NCBI GenBank assembly: GCA_032718475.1 | Contig: JAUCBJ010007562.1 | Span: 45,019 to 109,018 of the forward strand | Reading direction: 5' to 3' | Source of the DNA: Nemertoderma westbladi | Lineage: Eukaryota; Animalia; Xenacoelomorpha | Length of the DNA stretch: 64,000 nt | Translations under genes and position numbers: made by a program | Notes under the pieces: model-generated | The model's input: only the letters and a program-made list of their open reading frames with translations | Told to the model about the DNA's origin: nothing | The model's database searches: none | Shown here: positions 38,464 through 49,507 of the stretch, one piece after another | How the letters are laid out: each line of letters opens with the position of its first letter | How positions within the stretch are numbered: the first letter of the stretch is position 1

Positions 38464-39122
38464 AATTAGGGTGTAGTTACATAATCATTACTACTAGAGG
38501 GAATACAACAGAGTTTGTAGTTAGTTGTGAGGAGACGTGAGAGTTTCGTCTGCCCTTTGGGCTCGACAACGCTCTAACCTCCTACCCATAGCCTAAGATC
38601 TAGGGTTTCTTTAATGACACGCTGCTTCTTATCTAAAATTTTTTGCCGAAGTAAAAACGAATTTGGGCTAAACTGGCCGTGAGTCTAAAATACTCACTTT
38701 TTGATCCCAAACTATTATCAGAAAATAAGCAGTCAAGAATTAGTAATAAATATAGGGGAGTCTATTTTGACGTAACTTATTGAAACAAGACCGTGTAAAA
38801 TTTAATTAAAATTTTAAGAAAGGCTCGCAAGTCTTCCTCTCTTGTTTCTCTAATTTTAAGTTCCACCCGACTGTACCCTGAAATCTATTCACTGGAGAAA
38901 ATTTTAAAAATTTTTTCAAATCCAAATGGATTGTCTAAAATTTCGAAAATGTCTCAATATTGTGAGTTCCAAGTAGAATTCCATTTCTTATACCTACAAA
39001 TCCCGCTCCTATGTGACACATAAGGGTACTACCCTCAATGTTCACATATAAAGACAATGGAATTCTACCTCTGTCCTTACTACGGTGTACAGGTACGTGG
39101 AAATCTATTTGTAAACTCCTAA

Positions 39123-42100
39123 TTATTTACTAGTATTAGGTGGAGATTTGTAGTCTCCAGACTCGTTACGAGTCTCTTCAAGAAGTACGAGACATTGAGT
39201 CGGTCTGTCTACTGTACGACCGTCAATTGTTCGTACCGTCACAGTTCTTGTCACTCCATCCATAGATGGATGTGTGGCTAAAATGACACCTGTTATACAG
39301 AAGCGTCTTTTTAGATTCACTTCTGCCAACAGCACGTGATCTCCCGGCTTTAATGCGCGGGTGTTATTATACCAGTTTGTTCTGGCAGAAATAGAGGGCA
39401 AATAATGGTTTTGCCATATTTCCCAGAATTTGTTAGCCAGTAGTTGCGTGATTTTCCACGCTTTTCTACCGTAACTATCGCTTTCCATTGGAATGGAAAT
39501 CGGCGTCAATGTGGTCGGTGCCTGCATAAGCAGGTGTGCTGGTGTTAAAGCGAACTGAGATTGTTTGTCATCGGGTACTAATACTATTGGTCTAGTATTT
39601 AGTATTGCCTCGATTTCAACAAACAATGTTGTCAGTTGGTCGTCTGTTAATATGTGGTTTACTGGAATGACTTTTGCCATGGCTGTCTTTATAGATCTAA
39701 TCAATCTCTCCCAGACTCCGCCTCTCCAAGGACTATCTGGAGGATTAAACTTCCAAACAATCTTGTGAGGTTGCAGTTCGTTCGAGATTTGATCATGATC
39801 TAATTTCTTAAAGGCTCTAGCAATCTCATTCCGAGCACCAACAAAGTTTGTCCCTTGGTCTGAGTACAAGCATTTTACTAGTCCGCGTCTAGCGATAAAT
39901 CGCCGCAGTGCTAGTATAAACGCGTTGGTGGAAAGATCCATCACACGTTCAATGTGAACTGCCCTACTGGACATACATGTGAAAATCAGTCCCCAGCGTT
40001 TTACTAGTATACGTCCACGTTTCGTATGTATGGGACCAAAGCAATCAATTCCAGTCTCTGTAAAAGGTGGTCTGAATGCTTGAAGTCGTGCTTGTGGTAG
40101 TTCACTCATTTCTTGGGTACCTATTCTAGAATGTACCTTTTTACAAATAATACACGTACGTGTCACTGAACTTAACGCTTTACTGGGTCTAATTAATACA
40201 AATCTAGTACGTAAGTAGGAAAGACAGTGGTGTCTTCCAGCGTGTTTCAGATGTAAATGTGCGTCCAGTATCATTGCACGTTGTAGTTCGTGATGTTGCG
40301 GTATTATTATTGGGTACCTAAAGTTTGTGTTAAAGTCAATGTTTTGAAGCCGAGATTTATGACAAATTAAGCCATTATAAATAATCGGACTCCAACTCAG
40401 TATCGGTGACGACTTGATTGGTTGACCTTGATGTATAGATGTGAATTCGCGCGCGAAATATCGCAGTTGGTAATGGCGAATTAATTTAATCTCACACCTG
40501 TCAATCTCAGCCAATGTAAGTCGACGTGTAAAGTCACGTTTGCCTTTAACGTATTGTACGAAACGTACAATCCACGCTAATTTTCGGCAAGCGTTTGTCC
40601 AAGAGTCTGTTAAGTTTACAATACGGTCGACGTAAGTATTTGTGACGTCATCAGGTAAGTCAATGGAGATTTTGGAAGGTTTTGAATTACTAGAAGGGCC
40701 CACGGGTCCGCCGGTAAGTATTCCCTTGTTGACTGTTGATCCGTCCGGGTCTACAAGTAATTTGTCCTTCTTCGTCTTCTTACCTTGATCGTCAGTACTT
40801 TGTAAGTCGATCGTTAATGGTGGTTTGAACTCTATGGGGTCAGCAGGTTTCGGTAAACTTATTTTCCTGCCGACATTAATCCCAGGTCTCACTATAGGTT
40901 GCAAGTTCGGTATGTCTCTTGAGCGCAAAGTAACACCTGTATTTACATTAGCGTAGGTACTACCCACATCTGTAATACATGAGGTTTCACCGTGCTTATG
41001 GTTGCTCAAGTGTGTCAAAATTGGTAGTTTGTCAATACAAGGCCGCTCCAATAGGGAAACTGCGGCTTTATCGTTAGTCAATACATTACTAGTGTCTAGT
41101 CGACTGTCTAGTAACGTGTCTGGTTGACCGTCTGGTAACGTATCTGGTTGTTTGTCAATAGAAGGCCGCTCCAATAGGGAAACTGCGGCTTTGCTGTTTG
41201 TCAGTGTGTTACTAGCGTCTGGTAGAATGTCTGGTTGACCGTCTAGTAACGTGTCTGGTTGACCGTCTGGCGATATGTCTGGTTGACCGTCTGGCGATAT
41301 GTCTGGTGTAGAAAGGCTCGCAAGTCTTCCTCTCTTGACCTTTGAAGTTATATCCTTCCATTTCGCCTTCGGTTTTTTCTTGAGTTTTGTCGCCGTCGTC
41401 TTTTTCTTTGTCTTCCCCTTTTTTGGTTTCTTGATTTCGGCGTCCTTAGGAATGGTGTTGGATTTGTTGTCGTATAACGGAGGCCAATCTTGTGTCGATT
41501 TCTGCAAGAACTGGGGTCCGTGTTGCCAAAACTCTTTGTTCTCCGGTTTACAGAATTCCTCAGGCATCATTCCTCGCGACGCAATATCAGCTGGGTTTTG
41601 TGGTCCGGGACAATGTCGCCAATCCTCCTTTATTGAACGGTCTAGAATTTCCGCGCGACGGTTAGCTACGAATGTCTTGAATTCGAGTGTGTCGTTGTTT
41701 ATGTAAAATAAAACCAACGTCGCGTCAGTCCAATAAAATATCTGTAAACTCGACTGTAGTTCTGTCTGTATGAGGTTCACGATGGTGGTTGACAGGGTTG
41801 CGGCTTGTAGCTCGGCTCGTGGTGTCGTCATATACTTAGTAGGCATGGTCTTAGCCTTGGAAGTAATGAGCGAAACATCGAACTCGTCTGATTCTACTTG
41901 TCTGCGCAAATACGCTGCCACACCAAAACCGTTGTCACTGGCGTCAGAAAAACAGTGTAGTTCTAAGTTGTCAGGAAATGTACTCTGTAATGGAAAGTAA
42001 ACCCTGGGTATGAAATAATCCTCTAGCGAAAATAATTCCGCCTCCCAGGTCTTCCATAAGTCCACTTGGTCTGATGAGATCGGCTCGTCCCACGTTAGTC

Positions 42101-45100
42101 CATCCTTCCATATACTGCGCATATAAATGCGGGCTTGCAGTATCACTGGACTGATGAATCCTAACGGGTCGAACAATCGGCTCAACTTTGACAAGCATGA
42201 TCTCTTGGTCAGTGTGTTTCCTTGACTGTCCAGTCTCACCTTCACTCGAAAGTTGTCTGTGTTTGGGTCCCAAAAGAGCCCCAACACCTTAGTCGTCGGT
42301 AGTGGTTCGAACTCTAGGTCTATGTCACCACCTCCACGCTCAGTAGTTCCGAATGAGTCAACTAATTCGGCACTGTTTGAGGCGAATTTGGTGAGGTTAA
42401 AACCTCCGCCCGCCAAGCAGTCCCGTAATTGATGTGCTACTGTTGTAGCACGTTCTACTGTGTCGCAACTTTGTAAACCGTCATCAACGTAAAAGTCACG
42501 TTCTACAATTCTAATTATCTCTGGGTCATACAGATGTTTCTGATCTCTAGCGGCTTGCTTCAAGGCGTACATCGTACAATTTGGGCTGTCTCTGGCACCG
42601 AAAACGCGAACTTGCATTTGGTAAGTCGCTGGTGGTAGACTTAAGTCCCCTTCCGGATACCAGAGAAACCGCAAACTGTCTCTGTCTCGCTCTAACGCTT
42701 TTACTTGGTGAAACATCGCTTCAACGTCGCAAGTAAAGGCTACTTGACGCTGACGGAAGCGCATAATCACCCCCATAAGATAATTATTCATGTTCGGTCC
42801 ATCCATCAACTCACTATTGAGGGACATTCCCTCAAACAGAGCCGCACAGTCATTGACTACACGTACTTTATCTGGTTTGTCGGGATGTCTCACATAGTGA
42901 TGTGGCAGGTAGTATGTCTGGTCGGTCACTCGCTCCGGGTTAGTCATTCGGATAGCGTATCCTTCAGTCAAATACGTCTCCATCTGAGTGTTGTACTGCA
43001 GATGGGCTTTCTCGTCCTTTAATAGACGTTGTCGTATTGAGTGTAGACGTCTCAAAGCCAGTGGGTAGTTATTTATAAGTTTAGGACTTTGGCTACGCCA
43101 TAACATACCCACCTCGTAATGTCCGTCCTCCGTCTGTCGGATAGTATCTTCCATGATCTTTAGGGATTGTTTCTCCTGTTCCGACATACAAGGTTCGTAG
43201 CTACCAGGTTCAGCTGTATCTTGTTCTAACCACCTGATAGTCTTCTCCGTTAATTCTTTGTCCAAGGCGGCTTGTTCCAACTGATGAATTTTCAACGCGT
43301 CATCGTCGATATCGACGGGCACTGTTGAGGTTATTGGGGTAGGTAGACTCGCAAGCCTATCATCTGTCGTCGATGGAATCTCTAGCTGATTCGTCTTCTC
43401 CCCAAGTTCTAAACTCACCTGGTTGGTTAGCTGCTCCTTGTGACTTATCATACTAGTTACACGTCTGTCATGTTTTGTCGACTGTAGCGTAGTATGGTTC
43501 ACGTCGTGTGAAAAGGAATGAATTGAATTTGTAGTCAATAAACTACATGTACTCTGTACATCGTCTTCCTCGTCACTTACGTCTAGTGTGCGCACAGGCG
43601 CTCGAGTATACCACCCTATCGGCGTTCTGCAGGCGTATGCGTTTCCTGCTACAACTGCCGATGGTCTGGTTTCCCACACCTGATGTAGGTTGAATTGGTC
43701 CGTCCCGATCAGCATTGCTACCGATCTATAATTGACAGGACATTCGGGTACACCAAGGTGTCTGAAATACTTACGGTCCTCCAGAGATTGTTCCGGCACT
43801 GGACCTAGTAGGTTACTAAAGTCCTTCGTGGCCGCAAAGGTTAGATCTCTAAAGGGCAACAAAGACCTCTCCCTCTCGCTGTGTTGCGATTTTGGAAGAA
43901 GAGAGTCTAAGTCCAACTTAACTCGTGTCACTGGTATTGTACGCTGTCCGTGCATACTACTTACTGTATAACTGACGTGTTTACCTTGTCTGAGATCCGT
44001 TACGACGTCAGCTATCTTTTCATCCACGTAACTGTGAGATGAGGCTGAGTCTAGAATCGCGTAAATCCTCTTACTCCCCTTTGTGCCAGTGATCTTAATC
44101 GGGATTACACTGAATCCCTTCAGTTGGTCAGTGGTCAGGAGCGCGATCGACGGTTGTTCGTCTCCATTGGAATATACATCGTCGTCTTCTGATTCTTCGT
44201 CCGACGATCCGGATTGTTCTGAGAAGCAATCCTCAATATGGGTCATGAAAGTTGGAGTCGTTTTCGATTCTCGTTTTCGGTAAGCCGCATCACATCTCGC
44301 TGCTGCTTCCGGGTGTTCCCTGGCGAAGCGTTTCGTCGGCGTGTGGCTGTCTGTGTGGAGCAGACCGTCGTGGTTGCGTCCACAGGATGGACAAGTGTCG
44401 GTATTTGGGCAATCCTTACGGACGTGTCCGTGTCGCGTACACCGCCAACAAGAGTCCAGTGGCCGTATCTGCAGCCGTCGTTCTTCCGAGTTCAACTCGC
44501 GAAATTGTCGACAACCTCGTAACTTGTGACTAATATACCGCTTACCTAGATGTTCGCAGTATTGGCAGCCGTTGAAGTCGGTGCTGAGTTGCTGTCTCGT
44601 CTGTTTCGTCCCAATGGGCGCAGATACTCTATTACCGTCTGAGAATTGTCGTGATTCCGTCGGTGTGGCGTAAGTGGCCGTCTTTGTGGATGTTGTCTGG
44701 GGTTTTTGTCGGTTGGAGGATGGCAGTGTGATCCCTTCTGCCACGATGTGCTGGTCGGTATAGTTAGATCGAGTTTCTACTACCGCCTCCCTGGATATTA
44801 AAAGGTACACATCTTCTAATTTTAGGAATCCTCCTCGCTCCTCTCGCTGGTATTCGACCTTCCTCCACTCCCGACGAAGTCGATGGTGGAGTCGTCCTAT
44901 TATCTTTAATAGAACTGTAGGGGTATTCCCGTAATCAAGTTGTCCAATTGATCTTAAGGTAGTGATAGCGTTCTTGATCTCGTCAGCTAGTTTTAGTAAG
45001 TCGACGGGTTTAGTGATAGCCCCTCCCTTACAGAGTTCCTCTATTACTGACCTGGCCATACTCACTGTACCTCCGTATATCGAAGTTAAACGATCGTACG

Positions 45101-47855
45101 CTAGTTCGAAAGCGTCCGGTACACCGACGAAAGTCTCCGCCAAACGTTTAGGTTCTCCTGACAACGTTTGGAGCAGGTAATTGAACTTCTCCCGTGATGT
45201 AAAGGCGCACACGGCGATCTGGGATTCGATATAGTCTACGAAGGTATGCCAGTGTTTTGAGCTACCGGAAAACTTCGGTGGTTGTTGTACCGGCAATCCC
45301 TGTCTGGCTGCGAATTTTGCTATCTCCTCAGCAACGTTCAGAGTTTTGCGTCCTTGGTTGGTAACCTGGTTGATGTTCTCCCTTCTAGGCGCTTTTCCCT
45401 GATACGATGTGGGGTTTGAAGGTACCGGTCTTTGTGGTGCCTTCGGGTGTCTATTGTGTTCGAATTCGGTGTTCCTCGAACTATCGGTTTGAACTTCCTC
45501 CAGACGCTCCTCGATCTGAGCCAACTTGTTGACAACTGGTCGCAGAATGTCGGCGAACTGTTGTGTACTAATTGCGTCCGTTGGTTGTAACGCCTTCTGT
45601 ATTGGTGTATTCTGTGGAGGATTGTCTGCAAAGGAGTTGTCTGAACGCTCGCGTTTATATTCATCGGCCGCCCCTGTTCTAAATACCTCGCGTTTCGGGT
45701 AATCCGATTCGCTCGAAGTACTACTATCATCTGGATATGGTGGTCGACGTGCTCGCGTCCGTTGCGTCGTTCGAATTCTAACGGCTCGTCTCGGAACATC
45801 GTCCACTGATCTCCGTTGTTCGGTAGGCTCACAAGTCTTCCTCGAAGTCGTAGATTGCGATGTAAACTGATTGAATGGTCGCGTTTCCACTGTTCTCCGT
45901 TGTTCGGTAGGCTCACAAGTCTTCCTCGAAGTCGTAGATTGTGACGTAAACTGATTGAACGGTGGTCGGACGACCGCGTTTGAATCCAAAGGCCTTGTAG
46001 GCCGAAATGTCATGGGGTAATCGTAGTGCGTAACGGGTTTAGGTGTCAAAGGTGGACTCACCTGTTTTGTCGTCAGTAGTGCAGGTCCGACTAATAAACT
46101 ACTACGATCTGTAATCGGTGGGTTACTTACCTTGACTCTCGGAATAGGCGACGACGCTGCTCTTGGCGGTATAAACTTGTCCGGAATAACAAACCTGTGT
46201 TCCGTCACACCATGGATAGGAGAAATATCACTACTACCCGCAATCGAAACAGGTTCCTTAGTCGTAACCGGTGCAAACATATGAGTTACCTGTGGGAATC
46301 GTTGACACACGTCTTTTACTAATTGTCGTTCCCGTCTGGGTGCTCCTACGCTTCCTTCCTTCTTCCGTTCCTGAATTTGGCGATGTCTTACCTCTAACTG
46401 GTCCAAATCATGTCCGTCACGAGATCTCATCGATCGATCGCGGGCTAGAAGATCCAGATTTTCCTTGGTTTCGGCTAATTCTCTCGCCCTTTTCTCAAGT
46501 TCGAAACGAAGTTTAACTTCCTTTTCTCGTTGTTCCGTTTGTTGTTGTTGCGCCTCGAACTCTGCTTGTCGTATCGCTTGTTGGGCTTTTATTTGCCGTG
46601 TCTTCATCTCGACTCTGGCTTCCGAAACTAATCTTTGTCGCTCTAACTCTGCCGCAGCCGTTTGTCGCTCTAACTCTGCCGCAGCCGTTTGTCGCTCTAA
46701 CTCGGCCGCTGCCGCTGCCGCTGCCGTTTGTCGCTCTAACTCGGCTGTTGCCGTTCGTCGCTCTAACTCGGCCGCTGCCGCTGCCGCTGCCGTTTGTTGC
46801 TCTAACTCGGCTGTTGCCGTTCGTTGCGCTAACTCGGCCGCTGCCGCTTGTTGGGCAATGTCCAACTCTAACCTTTCCATTTCGGCCGCTTCGAGTTCGG
46901 CTTGTTCCTGCAGATGAGAGATTCTCGCTACATTCGCAACACGTATTTTCTCTTCCTCTACTGCTGTTTGTATCATTAGAAGTTGAGCTTGTTCTTCCAT
47001 CTCGTGTTGCTGTCTGTAGAACTGTTGCTGTTGTCGAGCAACTTCTGACGTAACTATACTTCCCTCGCAGATTTCGCTACGAATACTTACCAATGATTGA
47101 TTTAGTATTCCCGGTGCTGATTCGATTTGTGCGAATGAAGTTTCCCTCGTGTATTCCGGCACGGTTTCCAAATCGCCGACGTCTTCGCCGCACATGCGTA
47201 AGTGGTCCGTCAGGTGTTTTAATTGTCCATCCAGTCGGTACAGTTCCTGTTCTTCCTCGGGCTGTAATAATTCGTCCGAAACTGACTCACCTAACAACTG
47301 GTCCGCTTGTTCCTGTTGTATCTGTCTAATCGTCGACTTAAACTGAATCAGTTTCTCTCTAGTGATCATTAGTTTCTCGAGGATTCTAAGTTGAGTATCC
47401 ATGTCCTGTCTCTGTCTGGCTAGATCTTGTAGGCCAACTAGATTATCTACGGACTTATATACTTTACTCTGTACTCTAACCTGGAGGGTGTAGAACTCGA
47501 ATCGAGACATCGGAGCGGTCAACCCGTCTAATATGCGTTGGCCTTCTCCAATGCTCCTGGTTATATGCGCCATGTATCCACCGACGCTTCTAACCACACT
47601 TTCTGTGCTTCCTGCTGAACTTACCATTTCCGTTTCCCTATATCTAGGTTGCGGAACAGTTAGAAAGTCCTCGGTCCTGCCGTCGCCTCGTACTACGGCA
47701 TCCGGTACTCCCGTTGGATGTACTGGTGACGCACACGGTGTAGGTTCGGTAGGCTCGCGAGTCTTCCCCTGTTGTTCTTCCGCTGCTGACTTATCTCCGT
47801 CACACGAGTCATAGTCGGTTTGTGTATTCTTCGTATAGTCTTGTTTGTCACTCAT
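39123..47855 (-). CDS. BEL/Pao Gag-Pol polyprotein (2910 aa)
   Basis: PPKFSG...KFNYL gag core; three Cys/His knuckles; protease ILDSAS; RT YLPHH, RVVNDC, DVEAMFHQV, FYVDD; RNase H HCFSDAS, PRAELQAA, FVANR, NPADIASRG; integrase H..H..CIIC, GIDCFGP, SDQGTNF, GGVWERLI. Confidence 0.98.
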   Translation of the reverse strand: MSDKQDYTKNTQTDYDSCDGDKSAAEEQQGKTREPTEPTPCASPVHPTGVPDAVVRGDGRTEDFLTVPQPRYRETEMVSSAGSTESVVRSVGGYMAHITRSIGEGQRILDGLTAPMSRFEFYTLQVRVQSKVYKSVDNLVGLQDLARQRQDMDTQLRILEKLMITREKLIQFKSTIRQIQQEQADQLLGESVSDELLQPEEEQELYRLDGQLKHLTDHLRMCGEDVGDLETVPEYTRETSFAQIESAPGILNQSLVSIRSEICEGSIVTSEVARQQQQFYRQQHEMEEQAQLLMIQTAVEEEKIRVANVARISHLQEQAELEAAEMERLELDIAQQAAAAELAQRTATAELEQQTAAAAAAAELERRTATAELERQTAAAAAAAELERQTAAAELERQTAAAELERQRLVSEARVEMKTRQIKAQQAIRQAEFEAQQQQTEQREKEVKLRFELEKRARELAETKENLDLLARDRSMRSRDGHDLDQLEVRHRQIQERKKEGSVGAPRRERQLVKDVCQRFPQVTHMFAPVTTKEPVSIAGSSDISPIHGVTEHRFVIPDKFIPPRAASSPIPRVKVSNPPITDRSSLLVGPALLTTKQVSPPLTPKPVTHYDYPMTFRPTRPLDSNAVVRPPFNQFTSQSTTSRKTCEPTEQRRTVETRPFNQFTSQSTTSRKTCEPTEQRRSVDDVPRRAVRIRTTQRTRARRPPYPDDSSTSSESDYPKREVFRTGAADEYKRERSDNSFADNPPQNTPIQKALQPTDAISTQQFADILRPVVNKLAQIEERLEEVQTDSSRNTEFEHNRHPKAPQRPVPSNPTSYQGKAPRRENINQVTNQGRKTLNVAEEIAKFAARQGLPVQQPPKFSGSSKHWHTFVDYIESQIAVCAFTSREKFNYLLQTLSGEPKRLAETFVGVPDAFELAYDRLTSIYGGTVSMARSVIEELCKGGAITKPVDLLKLADEIKNAITTLRSIGQLDYGNTPTVLLKIIGRLHHRLRREWRKVEYQREERGGFLKLEDVYLLISREAVVETRSNYTDQHIVAEGITLPSSNRQKPQTTSTKTATYATPTESRQFSDGNRVSAPIGTKQTRQQLSTDFNGCQYCEHLGKRYISHKLRGCRQFRELNSEERRLQIRPLDSCWRCTRHGHVRKDCPNTDTCPSCGRNHDGLLHTDSHTPTKRFAREHPEAAARCDAAYRKRESKTTPTFMTHIEDCFSEQSGSSDEESEDDDVYSNGDEQPSIALLTTDQLKGFSVIPIKITGTKGSKRIYAILDSASSHSYVDEKIADVVTDLRQGKHVSYTVSSMHGQRTIPVTRVKLDLDSLLPKSQHSERERSLLPFRDLTFAATKDFSNLLGPVPEQSLEDRKYFRHLGVPECPVNYRSVAMLIGTDQFNLHQVWETRPSAVVAGNAYACRTPIGWYTRAPVRTLDVSDEEDDVQSTCSLLTTNSIHSFSHDVNHTTLQSTKHDRRVTSMISHKEQLTNQVSLELGEKTNQLEIPSTTDDRLASLPTPITSTVPVDIDDDALKIHQLEQAALDKELTEKTIRWLEQDTAEPGSYEPCMSEQEKQSLKIMEDTIRQTEDGHYEVGMLWRSQSPKLINNYPLALRRLHSIRQRLLKDEKAHLQYNTQMETYLTEGYAIRMTNPERVTDQTYYLPHHYVRHPDKPDKVRVVNDCAALFEGMSLNSELMDGPNMNNYLMGVIMRFRQRQVAFTCDVEAMFHQVKALERDRDSLRFLWYPEGDLSLPPATYQMQVRVFGARDSPNCTMYALKQAARDQKHLYDPEIIRIVERDFYVDDGLQSCDTVERATTVAHQLRDCLAGGGFNLTKFASNSAELVDSFGTTERGGGDIDLEFEPLPTTKVLGLFWDPNTDNFRVKVRLDSQGNTLTKRSCLSKLSRLFDPLGFISPVILQARIYMRSIWKDGLTWDEPISSDQVDLWKTWEAELFSLEDYFIPRVYFPLQSTFPDNLELHCFSDASDNGFGVAAYLRRQVESDEFDVSLITSKAKTMPTKYMTTPRAELQAATLSTTIVNLIQTELQSSLQIFYWTDATLVLFYINNDTLEFKTFVANRRAEILDRSIKEDWRHCPGPQNPADIASRGMMPEEFCKPENKEFWQHGPQFLQKSTQDWPPLYDNKSNTIPKDAEIKKPKKGKTKKKTTATKLKKKPKAKWKDITSKVKRGRLASLSTPDISPDGQPDISPDGQPDTLLDGQPDILPDASNTLTNSKAAVSLLERPSIDKQPDTLPDGQPDTLLDSRLDTSNVLTNDKAAVSLLERPCIDKLPILTHLSNHKHGETSCITDVGSTYANVNTGVTLRSRDIPNLQPIVRPGINVGRKISLPKPADPIEFKPPLTIDLQSTDDQGKKTKKDKLLVDPDGSTVNKGILTGGPVGPSSNSKPSKISIDLPDDVTNTYVDRIVNLTDSWTNACRKLAWIVRFVQYVKGKRDFTRRLTLAEIDRCEIKLIRHYQLRYFAREFTSIHQGQPIKSSPILSWSPIIYNGLICHKSRLQNIDFNTNFRYPIIIPQHHELQRAMILDAHLHLKHAGRHHCLSYLRTRFVLIRPSKALSSVTRTCIICKKVHSRIGTQEMSELPQARLQAFRPPFTETGIDCFGPIHTKRGRILVKRWGLIFTCMSSRAVHIERVMDLSTNAFILALRRFIARRGLVKCLYSDQGTNFVGARNEIARAFKKLDHDQISNELQPHKIVWKFNPPDSPWRGGVWERLIRSIKTAMAKVIPVNHILTDDQLTTLFVEIEAILNTRPIVLVPDDKQSQFALTPAHLLMQAPTTLTPISIPMESDSYGRKAWKITQLLANKFWEIWQNHYLPSISARTNWYNNTRALKPGDHVLLAEVNLKRRFCITGVILATHPSMDGVTRTVTVRTIDGRTVDRPTQCLVLLEETRNESGDYKSPPNTSK

Positions 47856-49507
47856 TTCGGTAGTTGTAAGTCAAGTGAAGTGAGTGTCAAAGTATCGAGT
47901 TTACCGTATTTGTATAAAACGGTACTAATTACAGTCATATAAAATTAGCCTACCGGCCGATTTTATAGCAGATGGATAAAATTAGCCTAAACGGCCAATT
48001 TTACAGCAAATAAATGTCACGGAATAAGTATATAATAAAATTAGCCTAGCGGCCAATTTTATAACAAATAAATCGGATAATGATATGCGTTATCAAAAGG
48101 TAAATTAAATACAATAATACGGACTAATTCAGCAATGAACAAAGAAATCATACGGAATGCATAAATACTTGAGACAGTGGAACCCACAATAATTTTAACT
48201 AATACGGTAATGCCTAACTTATTTATGCAACTTTTCGAACTCACCCACTCCAATAATTCTCCAGAAAAACAGATTCCCAGATACAAACCGAACGTGAACC
48301 TTTCCGTTTTTAACGTTGCGGACGAAACGCGATTTTCCCAACCAAAGTTGTTGAGTTATCTATCTCCCAAACTTGCTAAACACGGTCTTGCTCCCGTTAC
48401 AGTCTAGAAATGAGTTCTGAATCCTGAAAAAACAAAAGAGTTAGGTTTTACTTTACGAAAATTTTGTACCGGTACAATATGGTATTTAAACCCTTTTAAA
48501 AACCGGTATTCAATTCCAAAAATATTTTACACGCGGTTCAAATCAAATTTTTTATTTCAAAATATTAGCACTTAGCTAATCAAATACAAATTTTACCTCA
48601 AAATACAAAATTTTCAAATAACTTTAGTCCTACCGAACCGTAGTTCAGTAAAACATATTCCTACTAAATTGGAGAGATACGCCTATTCCTACTAATTGGA
48701 AGAGACGGTAACAATACCTGCAATATCCTACTGTAAAGTTTGTAAATCAAATCATAAATCCGACCTTCTCACCAAAACAGTAAACCCCAAGTAAGCGAAT
48801 ATATTGCAGTATCGATCTCTTATAACCGGTGAGGCAGAAAACAGTCTACGAGCAGACAAACTTCGATAAAACAAAATCCCGCGCAGCGAATCCTAAATCA
48901 GGCTGACTCACTGACGGACTAAGGGGCTCGTATACTTTGCCGCGGTGTGATTTATATGGTTGGGCAAAGGGACGCTAGCTAGGTACAGAGGCAGATATTT
49001 GGAGATGTCTAACTAGCGAGCAAAGTGCAGTAAGGACGAAAGTTAATTTTATATATTTTGAGGTGTAAATAATTTTTAACGCGCGTGTGTTAATTCTGAA
49101 CGGTCAAAGCAGTTTTGCTCCTTCACATATATAATTACTGGGTACGGTGTGCATTTTACGAATATTCTAATTTTGTAACTTGTAGGTCCAATACTCACGA
49201 ATGATAAGGTTCCTTCCCCTCTTGCGTATTTCCAGGACTCAAATTCAGGCATAAGGTTAATACTACGCCCAGAATTCGGCAATTTTAGGTACCAGGTCCC
49301 TGATACTAAGAAGAGATGTGTTAGTTTACTACTGTAGGCGTACGGGTACTAATAGCTATCCTGGCTCCTATCTAGAATTTTAGTCACCCAGGTAGTCCGG
49401 GTAACTTCCTATTAGGGCGTTGGCGGGGACACGGTAGATGTTAGTATATCCCTGATAGCCTTAATTTATTTGCGCCTAGTACGTAAACTGCCCTACCGCC
49501 TGAACGG

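Noticed and set aside
39565-47814. Numerous short antisense ORFs over gag-pol (mirrored at 58998-63887)
   Set aside because: Shadow ORFs of the coding strand with no independent motifs.
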